Shown piece after piece: positions 1-11,304 of a stretch of 32,000 nucleotides of DNA (positions are counted from its first letter, which is position 1; each line of letters opens with the position of its first letter). The notes under the pieces are model-generated. The model saw only the letters and a list, made by a program, of their open reading frames with translations. It did no database searches and was not told the DNA's origin. The stretch lies in NCBI RefSeq assembly GCF_000400465.1, contig NW_008806289.1, forward strand, positions 228,370-260,369, read 5' to 3'. This DNA comes from Wallemia ichthyophaga EXF-994. Its lineage: Eukaryota; Fungi; Basidiomycota. A program made the translations under genes and the position numbers.

Positions 1-1185
1 AGCTACAGAATTGGTTGATGTTTTCAACAATAAGGAGAAAGTGACATGTGATGTGCTGGACCCTTTGATGAATTTTTCTACTGATGTTGTCGGTTTAATT
101 GGTGGGTGTGATACTAATGTTTTGTATGTTATACTGATCGGCCCGACCCAGGTTTCGGTTTCTCATTCGATATGTTAAGCCCTGAAAGGAGACGTGAACA
201 GCGTCAATCAGACCTGCAACAGGCGGTAGAAAGGATATTTTCTTCGGCTGGTCCTTCTTCGCTCTTAGCGTCAGTTTCATTTTTCATGTCCTCAATAATG
301 ATAATTCCAACAAAGGCTTTAAAACTTATAAAACAGGCCATGAGCTTGCTCGAGCACGTTGGGTTGGATCTAATGAAGGAAAAGGAAGAGGCAGAAAAAG
401 AGAATGAAGAGATTGGTGAAGATTCATTCCAGGGTAAAGATATACTGTCTTTGCTAATGAAATCAAATCTCAATCCTGATCTCAATCCAAGTGATAAAAT
501 GAGTACTTCGGAGGTCGTTTCGCAGATTTCTACTTTCCTGCTTGCTGGACTTGATACAACGTCAACTACGATGACGTTTATGCTCCACTCGTTAGCTTCG
601 AATAAACGAGTGCAAGATAAATTGCGTAGCGAGATAATCGAACACGCACTAAATATGAATGAATCAACCTCGCTTAATGACGTCAATGCACTTCCTTATC
701 TGGATTTGGTGATAAAAGAGGCACTCAGACTTAACGGACCTGTGCCTCTTGTTTTCAGGCAAGCTACAAAAGCCGATGTCATACCCTTAGCAAATCCAGT
801 GAAGGATACAAAGACTGGTGATATGATTTCACAGATAGTGATCAAGCCTGGTCAGAAGGTAGCGATCGGAATTCACTCATACAACAAATCTAACTTGATG
901 TGGGACAAACCACTAGAGTTCATTCCAGAGCGGTACGAAAATGACACCCACAGCCCACCTAATCTATCTTTCATCGACGGCCAGAGAGTGTGCATTGGAT
1001 TCAAATTAGCTTCGCTTCAAATGAAAATTTCTACCATTAACCTGATTAAAAACTTTACATTCTCGCTCCCTGATCCACCACAGACCCTCGTGAGAGCGGG
1101 TAGAGTGGTACATAAGCCTTACATTGGCGAGCGCAAGTATTTAGGTGCTAGATTAGAATTGCAAGTAAATGAGTACAAGCTTTAA
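1..1185 (+). CDS. Cytochrome P450, 5' end outside the window
   Basis: I-helix AGLDTT, K-helix EALRL, PERY and heme motif FIDGQRVCIG are all present. The frame from nt 2 (ATELVDVF...DVVGLI) joins via intron 102-151 (GTGGGT..CCAG) to GFGFSFDML. Stop TAA at 1183-1185. Confidence 0.95.
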
Positions 1186-1295
1186 TATGTAGGATTATGG
1201 ATATTTCATATATTTGTTTTAAAGAGTTGTATTGCCGATTAGTCGTCACCTCATCTTCTGCAAGATGGCAAGTCGTGAAGGCGGGCAAAGTGAAA

Positions 1296-3475
1296 TTAGA
1301 TTACATTAGTTTGAAAAGATGGTTTGAATATTGGTAGTATGTGTGCCTAGGTAGTTGCGTCAGTCGCGTGTGTCTACTGCACTGTAAACTTACTTCAGTG
1401 TTGAATACTACCTCTGTAATTGCGTCGTTAGCAGTGGTATTTACGCATTAAACTACACTTACTGTCTAAAGGTGCTACTGAATTATCCTCAAATAGTAAA
1501 TAAAGATATTTGAACGTCTCACTCTGTGTTGTGATAAGCATGGCATCTAAAACAACACACAATGACTACACCTACCAGTAGAAACGTCTCCATTTTGTCT
1601 TCATGATCTACTGGAACTTTGTTCACATTCATTATACTAGCGTATCCGCCGCTGTTTATTTTTGCATGCTTCTCTATAGATTCAAATATGCTCCAACCCC
1701 ACTCTCTGTACTTGTTGTTGCCGCTTAGCCTAAATGCTATGAAGATGGACTCCACAGTCTCCGGTCTGAGAATATAACGTCCGTCGATTGTGTCTTCACC
1801 ACGTGAAGGCTTTATGTACCAATCCTCCTTCTGTCCTCTATAATCGCCAACTTGATGGAAGTGAATAATCTCCGGGGACAGACCCGACTTTGTTGAGGTG
1901 TATGTGTCGTACTGTTGATGCTTATGTGAGTTTGTTAACGAAAGCGAGTCTAGTGACGTACACATGTTTTGAGTAACTCTTCTCCAACCCACCAATCCTC
2001 ACGTTGTTGAGTGGTGAATGTACTTTGATCTAGCGGAAGATGACTTTTGCCTTCGTGAACGCCGAGGAGAAAGAGTCCTGGCAAAAAGCAGACCTGAAAT
2101 GATCAATTTGGCAAAAGTGGAAGGAGAACAAACACACCAGATGGTCTTGCTTGTTGTATGGCCGGTATTCAGGTCTGAAAACGTTGTCAGAACATGACAA
2201 AATAAGCTAAGACAGCTGTCTCGCCTTTCAATTCCACGCTTTGGGGTGAGTTCTATAGTATGTACCATCTTTTTGGGTCCTTGAGTCATTTTCAACAAGT
2301 GTCTTTTGATACCTCGACGAGCAGTATCATACATGTCTTTGTAAACATGCTCGGTACTTGCTGTCTGAAGGTACTGCTTCAAGAGGTACTCGTAGTAGGA
2401 GTCGGCTCTAGAACCCAGTCGGATTGAACTAAAGTAGAAGTTTTTAACATGAGGACTGTTATTATGTAAACTGATATGATGGCATATTTGTGAGAAACAT
2501 ACTCAATGAAAATAGGTACCAAGCCATCTCTTTTTGGAGCATCCTTGATCAGTTGCATGACTCCTTCTGACTTTCTCCAGAATAAAGAATCGTCTAGTAG
2601 TTGAGAAAGGTATTTGAATTCCAATTGCAGACTTGCGGCCTCTGCTGTACTTATGAAACCTCTGTTATCTTGATCGGATATACCCTCCATTCGATGCAAG
2701 TTGACGAAAGATAGAGGAAGACCGGAGTCTTGGTCGAATGAGGATACCAAGCGCTCGCCTAAGTCAGCAGCTAGATTAAGGTACAAAGGGTCTGGATTGC
2801 TTAGGTTTTGACTGAAAGGGTTTGATGAGAGATAGTAAGACGATAGTAAACCACCGAGGACGCTGTTGTGGGTTAAAAGGAGTGTAAGTACTAGCAAATG
2901 AAAATATTTACCGGATTGTAGTCTGAGTGGGATTAAGAGGATTTCTGTTTAGACAAGTAAAACACGCACTTCAAAGGTATTGAATTTGTCATCTACGTCG
3001 AAGGATAGTTCATTTTCAATCCAATTTCTTGCTCTGGCATACTCATCGGTGAGACCCATGAGTTGAATAGTATCACTGCGAGTGAACGAGTAAGTGTGCG
3101 GTATATGTGATAATAAGAAACATACAGACTATCAATGATAGTGTAACCAATTCCGGCTGAATTTGAAAGATTTGAGCCAGATTGAGAAATTGGATGGTAT
3201 TCATCGGATCCCCACGCGTCCCTCTCATAAGCAAACCACGCGTGCTTGAAAGCAGATTTAACAGCATCGCGTTTAGGGAAATCAGGTCCAAGATATAAAT
3301 CATGTGTGGGTAAATCAAGATTCTTATCTTTAACGATGAGTTTCTTTGGCTGTGAGTTGAGTACTTTGTACTTTGAATGATTGATCCTTGTAAAATAATG
3401 ATTCAGTAATAATCCAATTCCTATTCCAATGAATAGTATTTTAAGCGCCAGCTTCTTACTCCAAATCCCGTGCAT
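1296..3475 (-). CDS. Class I alpha-1,2-mannosidase (GH47), type II membrane protein
   Basis: The spliced product has an N-terminal TM segment, AFKHAWFAYERDAWGSDEYHP, FETTIRVLGGLLS, TAEAASLQLEFKYLS, LGSRADSYYEYLLKQ, DHLVCFLPG, YILRPETVES and METFLLSETFKYLYLLF...VFNTEAH. It has many exons, including 11-nt (2912-2922) and 20-nt (1394-1413) ones. ATG taken at 3475, stop at 1296. Confidence 0.93.
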
Positions 3476-3540
3476 TTCAATTCCTATTTCATTGACTGAG
3501 TCCACAACACAAAAGAATCCTTAACCAGAAACCACCATCA

Positions 3541-4693
3541 ATGTCACAAGAATTTGATCAAGTTGAAATTGCAACGGGTCCTTCACTTATCTCAAAGCTT
3601 CAAGTGTGTTTTCTGTTGTTTCATCGGTGGCAATCATCCACTCACACATCCATTTAGGAATGTGGTATATCTGCAACTGATTGCCAGAAACTTGAATTGG
3701 CTGGCTATCACACTATTGAATCTGTTGCTTTCACTCCAAAGAAGCACTTGATGACAGTCAAAGGAATTTCTGACGCTAAAGCTGACGTCATTCTTCAAGA
3801 ATCTTCCAAGTTCGTTTCAATGGGGTTCACTACTGCTACTGAGGTTCACGCTCGTCGCGCTGACTTGATTAGCGTTACAACTGGTAGCAGAAACCTTGAT
3901 ACTATTCTTGGCGGTATGTTGTTGTGCTTCTATTCATCCTTATCTAACTCGAATCAGGTGGTATCGAAACTGGAGCTATTACCGAACTATTTGGTGAATT
4001 TAGAACTGGCAAATCTCAAATATGCCACCAATTAGCCGTCACTTGTCAACTTCCTATTAGTATGGGCGGTGCAGAAGGCAAATGTCTTTATATCGATACT
4101 GAAGGTACTTTCCGTCCTGTCAGAATTCTCGCCGTTGCTGAAAGATACGGTCTTAATGGTCAAGACGTCTTGGATAATGTCGCATACGCACGCGCTTATA
4201 ACGCTGATCATCAACAACAACTGTTAATCCACGCTAGCGCTATGATGGCTGAATCAAAATTTGCATTACTTATTATCGATAGTGCAAGTGAGTCATTGTC
4301 TCAATCACTTATTAAACACGCTCATTCTCTCCTCAAGTGAACTTATACAGAACAGATTTCTCTGGAAGAGGTGAATTGTCCGCTAGACAGATGCATCTCG
4401 CCAAATTTCTGCGAAATCTCATGAGACTTGCAGATGAGTATGGTATAGCTGTCGTGATAACCAATCAAGTTGTAGCCCAGGTCGATGGTGCAAACCCATA
4501 CAACCCAGATCCAAAAAAACCTATCGGGGGTAACATACTTGCACACGCCTCAACCACTAGATTATTCTTGAAGAAAGGCAGAGCAACAACAAGAGTTGCC
4601 AAGATATATGATTCACCTTGTTTACCAGAGTCTGATGCGACTTATAACATTGGTGCAGATGGAATAGGTGACCCTATCGACGAGGAGGCTTGA
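3541..4693 (+). CDS. RAD51: RAD51 recombinase
   Basis: Introns 3604-3657, 3914-3957 and one near 4288-4337. Walker [50 protein letters not shown] and [17 protein letters not shown] match Rad51 rather than Dmc1. Confidence 0.95.
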
Positions 4694-4859
4694 TTTTTAC
4701 ATCGTCGTGAGCAGGGTTAGCTATCAGAGAGAATCGATTCGATATTTCTTGCATCATTGCAGTGTTTACTCAGCAAAACCAGCATATCTCAAGTGTACCA
4801 TAATTGATAACCCATGTACTCTAGAAGATTGTATACAGTAGAAATTTTATTTATTCCCT

Positions 4860-4868
4860 ATGACTCAT
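4860..4868. promoter_or_regulatory. Gcn4/CpcA-type consensus site ATGACTCAT
   Basis: Exact 9-nt match ending 22 nt upstream of the HIS7 ATG. HIS7 is a known general amino acid control target in yeast. Function here is inferred. Confidence 0.5.
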
Positions 4869-4890
4869 TCACATCTTGCTAACCAACCAA

Positions 4891-6730
4891 ATGGCAGACA
4901 GATTGTTTATATTGGATTACGGCGGTGGAAACACACGTTCACTCACAAATTCAATCAAGAGATTAGGCTACGAATTTGAATGGGTTAAGGAGCCCAAAGA
5001 TCTTGCAAATGCTGAGGTTCGTGGGAGGGACACGGCGTCAACAACGAGGCTGACAGATAGCTTATTAGAAACTTATATTCCCTGGCGTTGGCAACTGTGG
5101 TCAAGCTGTAAAGAGCTTACACAACTCCGGTTTGTTTGAGCCACTACGCCAGTACGTCTTATCAGGTAAACCTTACTTTGGTATTTGCATTGGTATGCAA
5201 GTCCTATTCGAAACTTCAGCAGAATCGCCGCAGGACAAAGGGTTCGGCGTTATACCTGGTTCTGCCGCCAAGTTTACAACAAGCGCAGTAGATCCAAAGA
5301 GAGTTCCTCATATGGGTTGGTCTGCTGCTAGAAGGTTGTCAAACTCATCGCAGAATCCAATCAACGGCGTTAGAGATGATTGTCATTACTACTTTGTGCA
5401 CTCATACGCTGTACCCTACAATCCATCCAAGTTAGCTGGCTGGGCTAGCACAATAACTCAATATGGTAAAGAAATCTTTGTTAGTTCAGTACAACGTGGA
5501 TCTGTTTTAGGTACTCAATTTCACCCTGAGAAATCTGGAGAAGCTGGTCTTGATCTTCTCAACAGCTTCCTCAAGACAAAGGCCGAACTTAATCCATTAA
5601 AGAGCTTAACAAGCTACCCAGAACCAGTTGATGTTGAATTAAATGAGAAAGATGATCTTGTCAAGCGTATTGTCGCTTGTTTGGATGTACGCTCTAACGA
5701 TAATGGTGATTTAGTGGTCACAAAGGGAGATCAGTATGATGTTAGGGAGGATGACAACAACCCAGAATCAACAGATGCTGCTTCGAGCAAGCGTGAGGTC
5801 AGAAACCTCGGTAAACCTGTTGAATTAGCTAGACGTTACTTCAGTGAAGGTGCAGATGAAGTCGTCTTCTTGAATATCACTTCATTCAGAAACTCCCCAT
5901 TAGGTGATCAGCCAATGTTAGAATTAGTTAAGGCTGCTGCTGAGACTATCTTTGTTCCACTTACAATAGGTGGTGGTATTAGAGATATGGTCGATCCAGA
6001 TGGTACTCGTCACTCTGCATCAGAAGTAGCACACGCATACTTTAGATCAGGTGCGGATAAAGTCTCAATTGGCTCAGATGCTGTATATGCCGTTGAAGAA
6101 CTGCTCAACAGAATTAAAACCAATACTCAACCAATACTGACTGGTCAATCAGCTATCGAAACAATCTCAGCTGGCTACGGTGCACAAGCTGTCGTTGTAT
6201 CTATTGATCCAAAGAGAGTTTACTTTAACCCTAACAGTGAAAAACCATCTGAAGAGCATCTCCCTTCGGTCATTTACGGAAAAGACGCTAAAGCTAACAC
6301 AACGGATGAGGAGAGAAAGCTAGCTTGGTGGTATCAGTGTACTGTTCAAGGTGGTAGAAGTTATAGAGATGTGGATGTCGTTCAACTCGCAAAAGGCGTT
6401 GAATCACTTGGCGCAGGTGAAATACTACTCAATTCAATCGATAGAGATGGTTCAAAGAGAGGTTTCGATGTTGATCTCATTCAATTGGTTAGAGAATCAG
6501 TAAGCATTCCTGTCGTCGCATCTTCCGGTGCAGGTGAAGCTCAACACTTTGCTCAAGTCTTTGATGCAACAAATGTCGAAGCTGCTTTAGGTGCAGGTGC
6601 ATTCCATAGAAAAGAGTTACCAATAGAAGATGTGAAGAATGACATGCGTCAAAAAGGCTTAAAAGTAAGAACTGAACTTCCTAAAGAATTAGTACAAAAT
6701 TTGAGTCAAGGTAAGGTTATATTACAATAG
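4891..6730 (+). CDS. HIS7: Bifunctional imidazole glycerol phosphate synthase HisHF
   Basis: Glutaminase domain (ILDYGGGN, FPGVG, GICIGMQ, VPHMGW, YFVHSY, TQFHPEKSG) is fused to the cyclase domain (RIVACLDVR, GADEVVFLNIT, PLTIGGGI, GAGEILLNSIDRDG). One intron, 5017-5068. Confidence 0.97.
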
Positions 6731-6780
6731 ATATTGTTATTTTTCATTCAAAAGGGATATGTTGAAGTTTAATAAATCGA

Positions 6781-9074
6781 TTACATTGATTGCTTGATAA
6801 TTTCCAAACGATTTTGAATCCTATCTAATGCAACGTTTAATTGATCAATCTCCATTTGTGCGTTTGATTGTGTGTGCGTGTGATGTTTGAAAGCATCATG
6901 TACAACACTTCTAATCGTGTCTACTAATAGTGGTTCGTGATTTTGACTTAATGTTGATATTGGCTTGAATGGCGTTAAATTGAAATACGTGTAAGCGTTT
7001 GATATGATTAAAATCAAGATTAAAACATAAAGTGTTTTCGTAAATGATGGTGAAATCGTCAAAGCTCCTAGAGCTGAAAATATTGTCATCGTTAGTCTGA
7101 CTACTTTATTGAATAACTCGAATGTACCATCTAATAAATGCTGTAAGATAGTTGGCAGCATTGAAGTATGTTCCATTGTACTCTTTAAATGACTATCCTC
7201 GACTTTAGCTTTTTCAGCTAATTCCTTTGATCCTTCTTTTTCTTCACGAGCTTTCTCAGGGGTTATTGCATTAGTATCCGTAAATTCATTTGCATGCTCT
7301 TCAATATATTTACGCATTGCTGACTCTAAAGCGCGATGATAAGATTTCTGACCTTCGATTGCTGATCTTTCAATAACACCTGAAAAATAGTGAGTCGAGT
7401 AGATTTTCAAACATCCAGGACCCACCCTTTAAAAAACTTCTACCAGTCCATTCAACCTTTGTGGAGACAATAACATGAGAATTGTTGTTAGTTGCCCATG
7501 AAATTGCTGTTCTAGTACGAACAACAAAAGAATTACCAGAAGGTACCTCTGGAGTACGGGTGGACGTGAGTACAAGAACATGATCATCAAAATCGACATG
7601 CTCATTTTCATCATCCAATACACATTTCGTTGACTTTGGACCGACACCTACTGTCAAAGGTTTGATGTAAGTGATTGTTCTACTAAGTTTAGAGCTATCA
7701 GCTTTGGGTTGCCAGTCAGATATTTGAATTTCTGTCAGGTCTTGAGTCGACATAAAGTCTTTAATAAAGAAGCTTGTAAACATAAGATTGTAAAGCTTTT
7801 CAGGTGTTGCTGGGAGTGTAGTATCCATTGCAACCTCTGGGAAGTTTACAGAAGGGTCAATCTTTGTAGGCCTGTGAATAGTTGGTGGAGGTCTTTGTGT
7901 CGCTTGTCTAGGTACAGAAGGACGAGCATTTCTAGATTGCTTTCCACCTTTCTCTTTGTGTTTACGACTGGATTTGCTTAATGAAGTTGAGGCTGATGTG
8001 GCAGAGCTTTCTGCAGATGTATCAGAGTCTTCTTGCGAGCTTCCTTGATTAATTAGATGGGCGCTTTCGTGAGACTCTTCCGATACTGGTATGGTGGGGT
8101 GAGACAACCTCCAGATGTTTAATATCACATCGTAAACAGTGTCTCTGGATAAAAACGAAGCGAAGACATACTATTGCGCGACAGTTAGCGTTGTCTCATC
8201 TTCATAATTGTAAGCCAACCTTTGCGCGCAATGTAGAAATTTGGATTGCGTTTGGAATGACAAACGCAGTCATCTTCTTCTCGATTGCAACCATTTCAGA
8301 GAAAGGAACAGCAAACTGTATCTTATTAAAAGATGAATAGAGATGAGTGAAACTACCTACGCTGGTAACCCAACCAAATATGTTTGCGTTAAAGGAGATG
8401 TGATTTTCTGATATGTAAAGACGCCCTTGAATAAGTATTTCACGCTGTAAAGCACAACCATAATCTTCAATGAGGTAATCTTGCTCAGGAATATTAGGAA
8501 AGAGTTGGTGAAAGTCAGCATTTCTGCGTGAACTTGCGACAGCGAAACCGGTGATACCTTCGCCGAAGTAATCATTTAACTCTAAAGACTGGCTGTCAAC
8601 ATCTGAAGAATGTCTATCATTTAAAGCCAAGCCAATCTGAGGATCTGTTTCATTTAAAGAGTTACGGGAGGTATCGATTGAGTTCCTGGTTGAAGGGCTA
8701 ATTTGAGATTTATCAGGAGTAGAATGACCGCTAGGAGAAACATCACGTAAAGAATCAGGAATATGATTAGAATCTGAGTAATTCCTTTTACGTGTATTGT
8801 TTGATCTAAGTGATGAATTTGACTGCGACTTTTTGTGATTGAATTCATCAAGGCTGAGGCTGCCATCACCGATACTCAAAGGTAAAGATCTCCTTTCAAG
8901 CGTAGGTGTCTGAGTATCATCATCCAGCTGAGGCTGCTGCTTATCAGGCATATCAAGCTTTGGTAGATCATCATATTGAGATAAAGGCTGATTCATGACC
9001 ATAAGATTATGCCTATTATTCGTAGATTCCTCTTTGTTCTCCTTTTTCTTATATTTGTTTAGAATTGAACTCAT
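6781..9074 (-). CDS. GRAM + VASt/StART-like domain sterol transfer protein (LAM/Ltc/Ysp2 family)
   Basis: GRAM domain (LIEDYGCALQREILIQGRLYISENHISFNANIFGW, IEKKMTAFVIPNAIQI, YVFASFLSRDTVYD), VASt domain (STRTPEVPSGNSFVVRTR), C-terminal TM segment and coiled coil. Ser-rich N-terminus and three introns. Confidence 0.88.
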
Positions 9075-9099
9075 CCTTCTTGATAATCAACTTTGAAGA

Positions 9100-9400
9100 A
9101 TGTTAAGCTTGAGATTTTCAAGTCTGGGGGCTGTAAATATTTTACAGGATTTGCTGGGCGGTATATTAAGGGCTGTACCGTGAGTATTACCCAGCACGCA
9201 TGCTACTACCCACTCAATTCCCATCCAGCAAGAAGAAAGTATCTCACTCGAGAAAATCCATGCGCTCTGCGAATAAAGGTTTAAAGGACAAGCAAAGCTT
9301 AGTACATTGCCCCGCTTCTGGTCTTCCAAAGCCTGCTCATCACCTCTCACAAGATCTTTACAACGAACTTAAGCGGAATTGGAAATCATTTCAGAAGTAA
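9100..9400 (+). CDS. MRPL32: Mitochondrial ribosomal protein bL32m
   Basis: ATG 9100, intron 9180-9228 (GTGAGT..CCAG). The product is MLSLRFSSLGAVNILQDLLGGILR-AVPKKKVSHSRKSMRSANKGLKDK..., which carries the bL32 signature AVPKKKVS. Confidence 0.9.
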
Positions 9401-9441
9401 ATTTCAATTATAAATGCTATTTGTCTCAATTACATTAGTTC

Positions 9442-10964
9442 TTAAGCGTTAAGCTTTGGTGCTGTTGTTCCACGTGCTAATCCATCTTCACCACCGTAAA
9501 CAACCTTTCCACTCTCTTGAGCAATCTCATCTTCGATTCTGAGTAAACGGTTGTACTTGGCAAGACGCTCTGTACGACATGGTGCACCTGACTTGATTTG
9601 TCCTGTTTGAAGTGCAACAACAAGGTCTGCAATGAATGTGTCTTCGGTTTCACCTGAACGGTGTGAAACCATTACACCCCATCCAGAGCTTTGTGAGAGT
9701 TGTGCTGCTTCAATTGACTCTGAAACGGTACCAATTTGGTTTACCTTAAGGAGTAATCCGTTACATGCCTTCTTTTCTACTGCTGTCTTGATACGAAGTG
9801 GGTTTGTAACTGTTAAATCATCTCCAACAATTTGAATTGGTGAGTTTTGAGTAAAGTGTGACCATGCTTCCCAGTCATCTTGGTCAAATGGATCTTCAAT
9901 TGAAACAATTGGGTATTTCTGTACGTATCCAAGGTAAAGGTCTGCAAGTTCCTTACCTGATAACCATTTAGACTTGTCTGAGTTGTCGTTCTTGAAATCC
10001 AAGTCATATTTGCCCTCCTTGTAGAATTCTGATGAAGCAACATCAAGTGCAATTGAAACCTTACCAGTGTAACCTGCTTTGTCAATAGCAGTAACGAGCA
10101 AGTCAAGTGCTTCATCAGCACCATTAACATTTGGTGCGAATCCACCTTCATCACCAACGTTGGTAGCATCAATACCGTATTTAGCCTTGATAACCTTCTT
10201 AAGTGATTGGTATGCTTCTGAGCCAATTCTCATTGCTTCAGTGAATGAGCTAGCGCCAGTTGGGAGTATCATGAACTCTTGGAAAGCAAGAGCGTTACCA
10301 GCGTGTGATCCACCGTTGATAACGTTGAATGCTGGAGTTGGGAGAACGAATGGAGCCTTAACACCAGTGAGTGTAGCGAGGTGCTTGTAAAGTGGAACAC
10401 CCTTCTCAAGAGCAGCAGCTGATGCAGCAGCCATTGAAACACCGAGGATGGCGTTAGCACCGAGCTTGTTCTTGTTTTGAGTACCATCAAGCTTAAGAAG
10501 AAATTCATCAACTTGATTTTGGTTGGCTGCGTCAATGTTTGCCTTTACAAGCTCTGGGGCAATAATGTCGTTGACGTTGCTAACTGCCTTGGTTACACCC
10601 TTTCCGTTGTAAGCATCACCGCCATCACGGAGTTCATTGGCTTCGTAAACACTGAATAGGCGTTAGTAATTCGCTGCTTCAACGCTTCCCACTAACCCAG
10701 TTGAAGCACCTTTATATGTGTAAGCCAAGAAATTCTAATCAACAAATAAAAAACGTACCGGATGGGACAATAGCAGTAGCCTGTTTGCCACCAGCAGTGA
10801 TAACAACTTCAACGGTTGGCTATTTGTCTATTAGACTGAGTGCATGTCTTTGTGCTCGACTTACACCGCCTCTTGAGTCGAAGACTTGACGTGCATATAC
10901 CTGAGATATTCTGTAAGCTATGTTTATACGTATCTTACAGCTTTCTTACTTTTTCAATTGCCAT
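9442..10964 (-). CDS. ENO: Enolase (phosphopyruvate hydratase)
   Basis: Exons 10964-10950, 10900-10865, 10819-10759, 10709-10697 and then a long exon to 9442. Motifs [44 protein letters not shown] and SHRSGETED are present. Confidence 0.97.
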
Positions 10965-11304
10965 TTTAATAGATCCTGGTTGTGTCGAAAAAAGAAACAC
11001 CTACGAATCAATCTACTTGAATTTGGTAATCAAAATTTTGCTTGCTCATGTTCCAAATAGCCAGCATAACTATACCATACAACCTCTTTATCCGCCTTCG
11101 TCGACATTAAGTTATCTCAGTCATGAGGGAAACAATCCGGCGGTATCTCTTTTGCGCAGATGGAGTTGATGTGATTCTTAAGCGATACTTGCGCAATCCT
11201 TAAATTCAAATTAATTTCATTTTTAAAGAAAAATAACATGTATGAATGTTTGGCGGTATATGTACTCATCTTGAAAAGGTATTTTAATGAGTGTCTGTAC
11301 AGAG

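Noticed and set aside
1-3475. P450 as part of a secondary metabolite cluster
   Set aside because: Its in-window neighbours are housekeeping genes and no backbone enzyme is visible. Genes left of the window are unknown.
4288-4296. Other TGACTCA matches (RAD51 intron donor, 24682-24690 region, GH47 CDS)
   Set aside because: They arise from GTGAGTCA splice donors or coding sequence and are not in promoters.
3541-4693. Possible DMC1 or meiosis-specific recombinase
   Set aside because: The diagnostic segments ([39 protein letters not shown]) are Rad51-type.
9442-10964. Horizontally acquired bacterial enolase
   Set aside because: It has four spliceosomal introns and the eukaryotic-type GAPCR motif.
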